In this document: positions 62,725 to 64,000 of the stretch, piece after piece
How positions within the stretch are numbered: position 1 is the stretch's first letter
How the letters are laid out: every line of letters begins with the position of its first letter
Source: Chromera velia
Lineage: Eukaryota
NCBI GenBank assembly: GCA_018398765.1
Contig: JAHBMJ010000212.1
Coordinates: 62,001 to 126,000 of the forward strand
DNA: 64,000 nt
Direction: 5' to 3'
The notes under the pieces: model-generated
What the model was told of the DNA's origin: nothing
Seen by the model: the letters and a program-made list of their open reading frames with translations, nothing else
The model's database searches: none
Position numbers and translations under genes: made by a program

Positions 62725-64000
62725 TTACTTTTGCTTGCCTGCTTGCTTGTCTCGGATACCAAACCACTCCAAAGGTGTCGCTTCTCGCAAAGATACACCC
62801 AGAAAATTTCTGATCTCTTCAACGGTGGCCTCTTTCCAGGTATTTCCAGCTTTTGACGGCCGAGCAGGTCGGCCGCACAGCCAGACACCCTTCTCCACCT
62901 CCACCGGCACGCTCCCACCGTCTGGCTTCCGGTTTCCTTCCTTACATTGGTAGCCCCACTTTGCAGTAACCTTCTGCTTCTTGACCGTTACCACGAGGAA
63001 GTCGTATTTCTGAAATCTGCCGTCCTTGGGGACGATGAGAAAGGCGGTCGTCCTTTCGCCTGACACGCTTCGAGCGACATCTTCGAGAGTCTCTCCAAGA
63101 CTGTCAACGTTGTCTGCGCCTGCAACTTGCTTCATACCACCAAATCTGTCCCTGGAAGTCAGATGGGGGAGGAGCCCGGAGGGGACGCTAGGTACCCTTC
63201 CCCATTCAAGCTGCAGCAGCTGGAGTGCTGTTGCAGCTCTCGTCAATCCTTCCCAACCTTTTCCGTCGTTCTCATCGGAAGTCATCAGTCTCTCAAGCTC
63301 GCCAGCTATCAGCTGGAGACTTTCACCCCACTTACTTCTCTGAAGCCTCCCACACTCCCGCAACATCGCAGCAATGTATCCGGGGGGGACCCTCACCGCC
63401 GTTCCGTCGAAATCCATGAAACGCCACCATGGCTCAATGATCTTCGAGGGCTCGTCACCGTCCAAAAGAGTTGCAACAAGAACTTTCACCACGGCGTCCC
63501 AATTGACGGATCCATGGCGTGGATCTCCCTCCCTTCCCCCAAGAGGATCTCTCGCCAGACGATCGCGAAGTTCGTCAAACCTGCCCTTGTCATGGCAGAC
63601 GAGGCCCGGGGACCGACCGTAGAAGACTACAGCCGCCGGCGTTGCCCCAGACCAGAGCTCGCGAGCGTCCTTGATATTGTCAAGCAGAGGGAGCTGGCAC
63701 ACCTCAACTCTGCGACCAGTGGGGAAGCCCATATCCAGACCAGATGCCACCTCGGCTTTCAGCGTGTATATGTGGCTGCTGAAGGCAAACAATCGGCCAG
63801 CGGGGACAAGGAAATTTGGTTTCAGAAAATCGTACACTTTTTGCATGGCTTTCTCGTAGTGCTTTGGAGAGAGCTTGGTTTTGCCAAGCTGAAGGAGAAC
63901 ATTCATCTCGTCAATGACAAGCACGGCAGGAGTCTTAGAGACCGCCCGCCTCCCGTTTATCCACGTCTCTACTTCGTCACGTGTTGCAGTGTACTCGGAG
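62725..64000 (-). CDS. Crinkler/RHS-like P-loop NTPase + PD-(D/E)xK restriction-endonuclease-fold protein (5' part outside window)
   Basis: Frame is open from the window edge. Walker-B-like VLVIDE, FAFSSH, YGRSPGL and GKGWEGL, then a nuclease-like P....FQKYDFLVV......WGYQCKEG. Confidence 0.7.
   Translation of the reverse strand, partial: SEYTATRDEVETWINGRRAVSKTPAVLVIDEMNVLLQLGKTKLSPKHYEKAMQKVYDFLKPNFLVPAGRLFAFSSHIYTLKAEVASGLDMGFPTGRRVEVCQLPLLDNIKDARELWSGATPAAVVFYGRSPGLVCHDKGRFDELRDRLARDPLGGREGDPRHGSVNWDAVVKVLVATLLDGDEPSKIIEPWWRFMDFDGTAVRVPPGYIAAMLRECGRLQRSKWGESLQLIAGELERLMTSDENDGKGWEGLTRAATALQLLQLEWGRVPSVPSGLLPHLTSRDRFGGMKQVAGADNVDSLGETLEDVARSVSGERTTAFLIVPKDGRFQKYDFLVVTVKKQKVTAKWGYQCKEGNRKPDGGSVPVEVEKGVWLCGRPARPSKAGNTWKEATVEEIRNFLGVSLREATPLEWFGIRDKQAGKQK

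Overview
This is eukaryotic, intron-rich and microsatellite-rich DNA. The CAGA/CA/TTCC-filled introns and a bipartite plastid-type leader suggest a chromerid or other complex-plastid alga (inference only). The main result is a 16-exon minus-strand gene (23072->12791, about 1224 aa, assembled by hand with all splice phases compatible). It fuses a full Amt-family ammonium-transporter domain to a pseudokinase, a signalling helix and a class III guanylyl cyclase, i.e. a candidate Amt 'transceptor' receptor guanylyl cyclase. Its ammonium-recruitment residues are replaced, two vestibule positions by Lys, while the twin His are kept. Other genes are an acyl-CoA-binding protein, a probable plastid membrane protein, a Crinkler-like NTPase+REase ORF and an intronless Zn-finger ORF. 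The rest is decayed mobile DNA: a Ty3/Gypsy remnant, CRE-like non-LTR elements (one with a ~900-bp insertion inside its RT), several TIR elements (one carrying an HNH nuclease remnant, two with CTAGG ends and 8-bp TSDs) and a three-level nested insertion. Repeats show a CpA/CpG C->T mutation bias.
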